This document shows positions 60,712-64,000 of a DNA stretch of 64,000 nucleotides, piece after piece; the first letter of the stretch is position 1; each line of letters begins with the position of its first letter. Source of the stretch: an archaeon. Lineage in GTDB: Archaea; Nanobdellota; Nanobdellia; Pacearchaeales; GW2011-AR1. Under the pieces are notes generated by a model, which had not been told where the DNA came from, ran no database searches, and saw nothing but the letters and a program-made list of their open reading frames with translations. The DNA lies in the NCBI GenBank assembly GCA_043821585.1, contig JBDRCQ010000015.1:135341-199340 (forward strand). The letters run 5' to 3'. The position numbers and the translations under genes were made by a program.

Positions 60712-61089
60712 ATGAAAAAGTCTAAGAATTGGGTTCCATGGATCATTGCAATAATTGCTTTGGTGGCGGCTTTCTTTTTTATTAGTCGAGGAGGTTCTTC
60801 CTCAGGGAGTTTGGATGAATTTGCGCAGTGTTTGACGGATTCTGGGGCTGTGATGTATGGGTCTTACTGGTGCGGGCATTGTCAAAATCAGAAAGCATCG
60901 TTTGGGGACGGTTGGAATAAAATTAACTTTATAGAGTGCGATCCTAACGGCGAGGGTGCTAGGCCTCAGCTATGTGAGCAGAAGGGAATTACGGGATATC
61001 CAACATGGATATTTGCGGACGGTGAAAGGCTTTCTGGAGAGTTATCTCATAAGGTTCTGGCTTCTAAGACTGGATGTGGTGCACCTTAA
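60712..61089 (+). CDS. membrane-anchored thioredoxin-like protein (CxxC)
   Basis: N-terminal TM, YWCGHCQNQK, GYPTWIF. Paralog of 47110-47457. Confidence 0.75.
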   Translation: MKKSKNWVPWIIAIIALVAAFFFISRGGSSSGSLDEFAQCLTDSGAVMYGSYWCGHCQNQKASFGDGWNKINFIECDPNGEGARPQLCEQKGITGYPTWIFADGERLSGELSHKVLASKTGCGAP

Positions 61090-61106
61090 AGGAACAAAGA
61101 AAAGAG

Positions 61107-61244
61107 TTACCTCTTTTCTTCAATTCTTCTCAAAAGATCTTCTATGATTTCCATCTTCTCCATTAGCTCCCCATGCGTTGGTTCATCGTGTAGATGACCT
61201 TCCCTTTCATGGGGTGGCAACGGATGTCTTTCATGTCTTGGCAT
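61107..61244 (-). CDS. candidate 45-aa His-rich small protein
   Basis: Not in the ORF track. MPRHERHPLPPHEREGHLHDEPTHGELMEKMEIIEDLLRRIEEKR. GGAGG lies 7 nt upstream of the ATG, which sits 1 nt after the stop of the upstream ORF. Confidence 0.4.
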   Translation of the reverse strand: MPRHERHPLPPHEREGHLHDEPTHGELMEKMEIIEDLLRRIEEKR

Positions 61245-61245
61245 T

Positions 61246-61431
61246 TTAGTACCTCCTTACAGTCGAACGCGTGATTTCATGTACAAAGTCCCAGGCCGCT
61301 AGTTTTCTTTCTACCTGATCTGGTGTGCCTTCAAAACATTGCTTAAATGCTTCTTGGTACTCTTCGTTGATTCTTCGCGTCTTTTCGACATACGCCTCTA
61401 TGCTTCTAGCAATATATCTGAGTGGATTCAT
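61246..61431 (-). CDS. hypothetical protein (61 aa)
   Basis: ORF with AGGAGGG upstream. First gene of a 2-gene unit divergent from the ArsR-like gene. Confidence 0.45.
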   Translation of the reverse strand: MNPLRYIARSIEAYVEKTRRINEEYQEAFKQCFEGTPDQVERKLAAWDFVHEITRSTVRRY

Positions 61432-61524
61432 TTTTCCCTCCTTGTATTTCTATTTTCATAGGATAATGGAAACTTTAAATTATATAAATATTTCGGTTTT
61501 AATAGAAAAGCAGAATAACAAGGT

Positions 61525-61532
61525 TTTTATAG
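61525..61532 (+). promoter_or_regulatory. TATA box for the ArsR-like gene
   Basis: TTTTATAG centred about 25 nt upstream of the ATG at 61553. Confidence 0.4.
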
Positions 61533-61552
61533 TAAAACCGAATGTTAAATGT

Positions 61553-61930
61553 ATGCCGCCGATTTTTGATGAGATTGTTCACAAAGCCCTTTCAAGCGAT
61601 GTTAGAAGAGAGATATTGTTAGTTTTAGCGAATGGTGATAAGTATCTAACACAAATTGCAGATGAAGTCAAACGAAAGCCACAATCTATTGATTTCCATT
61701 TAAATTTACTTAAGGAAATAGGGTTAGTTGATTCTGAATGGAGAGAGGGGAAAAAGTATTATTCTCTTAAGGACGCAAGAATAATTGATTTTCTTAAGAG
61801 GGGGAAAGCGGTTCCTGCAGAATTCAGGCCTAAACCTCCCCATGAAATTGTCCTTGACATGTGGGAAGACATGAAAAAAAGGTTTGATGGGATAGAAAAA
61901 AGACTGGACAAACTTGAAAAAAAGAGATGA
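61553..61930 (+). CDS. ArsR/SmtB-family winged-helix regulator
   Basis: LSSDVRREILLVLANGDKYLTQIADEVKRKPQSIDFHLNLLKEIGLVDSEWREGKKYYSL. Start taken at the internal ATG supported by the TATA spacing. Confidence 0.75.
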   Translation: MPPIFDEIVHKALSSDVRREILLVLANGDKYLTQIADEVKRKPQSIDFHLNLLKEIGLVDSEWREGKKYYSLKDARIIDFLKRGKAVPAEFRPKPPHEIVLDMWEDMKKRFDGIEKRLDKLEKKR

Positions 61931-61932
61931 AC

Positions 61933-64000
61933 TTAAATTTTCTTCTTTTTGTAGACTACGTAGAGAACAACTACCGACCCTACTAGAATCACATTGAGCG
62001 TTCCGAGTAACGCGAGAGACAGATAGTTTGGTTTTTCTTCAACATTCTCGCTGATTCCTTCTGCCTGTTGATTTAGCGTGAGTTTCTCGTCAATTATTGG
62101 TTGAGTATATGTGCTTCCCCTGACTTGCTCTTTCTTGCATTCAACATTGATTGTTCTGGAAAGAGTTTCAACTTTATTGATTGCATAGCTTACTTTCGCC
62201 TCTATTTCGTACTCCCCAGTTTCTATGTCGTTAGGTATCTCAAAAGTGAACTTTCGGGATTCTTTATCTTCATTCCCGTATTGTTCTATATCAAAAGTGG
62301 TTCTTCCATCTATTTCAAGATCGTCGTTTACTACGGTTAGAGTTGCTTGTTGATCTTCTGCTCCAAGGTTCTCTACTTTTACTTCTGCCTCAATAACTTC
62401 CCCACAGATTGCATCAATTGGAATACCAAAGTCAGAAATCACCAAGTCATTGTTTGGGCGGTTTATGCTTATTGGAATGTATTCTTGTCCGCACTCGTCG
62501 TCCTTTGCTCTTACAAAGATTACAAATTCATCGTCTTCTATGTCAAGGTCTTCAGGTATCTCTAGATCAAGTCTAACAGTTCTTGACCTTTTATCCCCTA
62601 ACTCTACATCTGTGTCTACGGAAGACTCTGACCTATCAGAGTTCAAGTTGTAAAGATGGACTTCTATGTCAAAGTTTTGGTTATCGTTTAAATTATTGGT
62701 TAGTTCAAACTCTACTTTGATCTTATCCCCTAATTCAATGTCGTTTTCAAGGCTCTTAATGTCTATTAACACATTTTCGCTGAGCGCGTTGCATGAATCT
62801 GCATCGTCAAATGATGGAACGCATGTTGTTGGACAGCAAGAGTCTGTGTCGTAAACTCCGAGTGTTTCTACCCCGCACATTGTGCCTTCTGAGCAAATAT
62901 GTCCGCTAACGTCTTCACAGGTGAAATCTTCAATTGGCCCGACTATCACGTTCCAGAATTTTCTAGTTTGTAATTGCGTGTCTCTTACGATCGCTTCAAT
63001 AAGATAGTTGCCAATCTGTGGTCCTGCCAGCGTGTAGGATGATGAGTTTTCTGTGCTGTTGGAGACGACTTGTGATGAAAGGTACCATGTTGTGAAGAAC
63101 TCTGAGGAATCTACATCAATTGCTTGGATTGAGAAGGTTTGGTTCCAGCCTTCGACTAGATGAACGACTTCCAACTCAGGAGTGTATGAGATTATCTCTG
63201 GCGCGTCATTTATTGGGTTGACTGTTACCTGTAATGTTTCCTGATCTGAGCCGTGAATATCTGAAGCTTGAACCACACAAGATGCTGGACCGTTGTAGTC
63301 TTTTGCTGAGCTGTATGTTAAAGTATTCCCTGTGACGTCACAGATCATGTTTTCTTCGCCAGTCGCTGAAAAGGTGATTGTGTTGTTCTCCAAGTCCCAA
63401 GCGCTAATAGTGCAAGTGTACTGTGCGTCTTCTTCGATTACGATTGTGCAGTTTAGCGGATCGAGTTCAGGGGGCTCACCTTGTTCGTAAACTGTGATTG
63501 TTAGGGTGTTGGAACCTACAGAAAATTCGCCGTCTGATGCGTTAAAGTAAATTTGTTCTGTTCCAAAATAGTCCCTATCTGGGTGGAAGCTTACTAGGCC
63601 GTCGGTTATGTCGATTGTTATGTTTTGGTTACCGTGCACTTCAAAGTCTAAGATTGAGTCTGAATCTATGAAATAGTCGTTGAGATCGAATGCTTCCAAG
63701 AGTGGTTGATCCTCGTTGAAAGATACATCTGCGATTGGACCTTCAAAAACTAATGGATCGTTTATGTTTGTTACTGTTAAAGTCACGTTGTTAGACAATG
63801 TTTTTGAGTTGCCGTCATCTGCGTAGAATACAATTGTTTCTTGTCCGAAGAAGTCTGTGGCTGGCGTGAAAGTCACAATTTCTCCTTCTAATTCTGCCAC
63901 TATGTGTGATTCGTCTGGGAATACTTCGATTCCGAATTCCAGTGTTGGCGAGTCTGAATCTATGAAATATTCACTTAGGTTTAGAGTTTTTACTGTTTCT
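61933..64000 (-). CDS. large cadherin-like/CARDB surface adhesin with a C-terminal TM anchor (5' end outside the window)
   Basis: Repeated modules ending in INDPLVF / INDAPEI (DxNDxP-like), repeated YFIDSDS motifs, and a C-terminal LSLALLGTLNVILVGSVVVLYVVY plus KKKKI. The reading frame stays open from 63900 to the window edge. Confidence 0.75.
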   Translation of the reverse strand, partial: ETVKTLNLSEYFIDSDSPTLEFGIEVFPDESHIVAELEGEIVTFTPATDFFGQETIVFYADDGNSKTLSNNVTLTVTNINDPLVFEGPIADVSFNEDQPLLEAFDLNDYFIDSDSILDFEVHGNQNITIDITDGLVSFHPDRDYFGTEQIYFNASDGEFSVGSNTLTITVYEQGEPPELDPLNCTIVIEEDAQYTCTISAWDLENNTITFSATGEENMICDVTGNTLTYSSAKDYNGPASCVVQASDIHGSDQETLQVTVNPINDAPEIISYTPELEVVHLVEGWNQTFSIQAIDVDSSEFFTTWYLSSQVVSNSTENSSSYTLAGPQIGNYLIEAIVRDTQLQTRKFWNVIVGPIEDFTCEDVSGHICSEGTMCGVETLGVYDTDSCCPTTCVPSFDDADSCNALSENVLIDIKSLENDIELGDKIKVEFELTNNLNDNQNFDIEVHLYNLNSDRSESSVDTDVELGDKRSRTVRLDLEIPEDLDIEDDEFVIFVRAKDDECGQEYIPISINRPNNDLVISDFGIPIDAICGEVIEAEVKVENLGAEDQQATLTVVNDDLEIDGRTTFDIEQYGNEDKESRKFTFEIPNDIETGEYEIEAKVSYAINKVETLSRTINVECKKEQVRGSTYTQPIIDEKLTLNQQAEGISENVEEKPNYLSLALLGTLNVILVGSVVVLYVVYKKKKI

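Noticed and set aside
1-64000. CRISPR arrays, rRNA genes, integrases or transposases, and recognisable defence systems (RM, TA, Cas).
   Set aside because: I scanned intergenic regions and the ORF translations and found no spaced identical repeats, no rRNA-like segments and no integrase, transposase or Cas motifs. The only TA-like hint (the RHH protein at 10744-10959) has no adjacent toxin-like ORF.

Overview
AT-rich archaeal chromosomal window, probably from a small-genome DPANN-type archaeon; the lineage call is inference and GC was judged by eye, not computed. Archaeal identity rests on these observations: RFC small and large subunits, an unannotated ribosomal protein eL41 gene, RNase HII, and an intron-containing tRNA-Met with an A1:U72 pair. 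It also rests on TrmB, Lrp and ArsR regulators, prepilin-like (class III) signal peptides, and a very regular BRE/TATA element (GAAAAG-TTTAAATA-like) centred about 26 nt upstream of start codons, which implies mostly leaderless mRNAs. I support about 95 protein genes, 2 tRNAs, one MITE-like element and several small genes below the ORF-track cutoff: eL41, a DUF5320 protein, a zinc-ribbon protein, a His-rich peptide, an acidic peptide and an Ile-rich uORF. Content is housekeeping genes (rfcS, rfcL, rnhB, ileS, nfo, PPIases, peroxiredoxin) interleaved with many membrane-anchored or secreted surface proteins (LamG, cadherin-like, MopE-type Cys-rich) and extracytoplasmic thiol-disulfide genes. No CRISPR array, rRNA, integrase or transposase gene was seen. 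The most unusual items are listed here.
1. An SMC-headed ATPase whose hinge is replaced by a central CxxC zinc-hook-like motif.
2. A multi-HTH protein carrying a bacterial sigma-70 region-4 module in an archaeal context.
3. A leaderless Ile-rich uORF with its own TATA box upstream of ileS.
4. A prepilin-signal protein made of nine exact 12-residue WPPxH repeats.
5. A 142-bp inverted-repeat element with a 9-bp target duplication.
6. A duplicated tRNA-Ser 3' end that brackets a structured 131-bp spacer.
7. A cyclophilin with a pilin-type signal next to a pilin-like gene that appears frameshift-split from a Cys-rich domain.
All family assignments come from motif recognition by eye and need HMM or BLAST confirmation.
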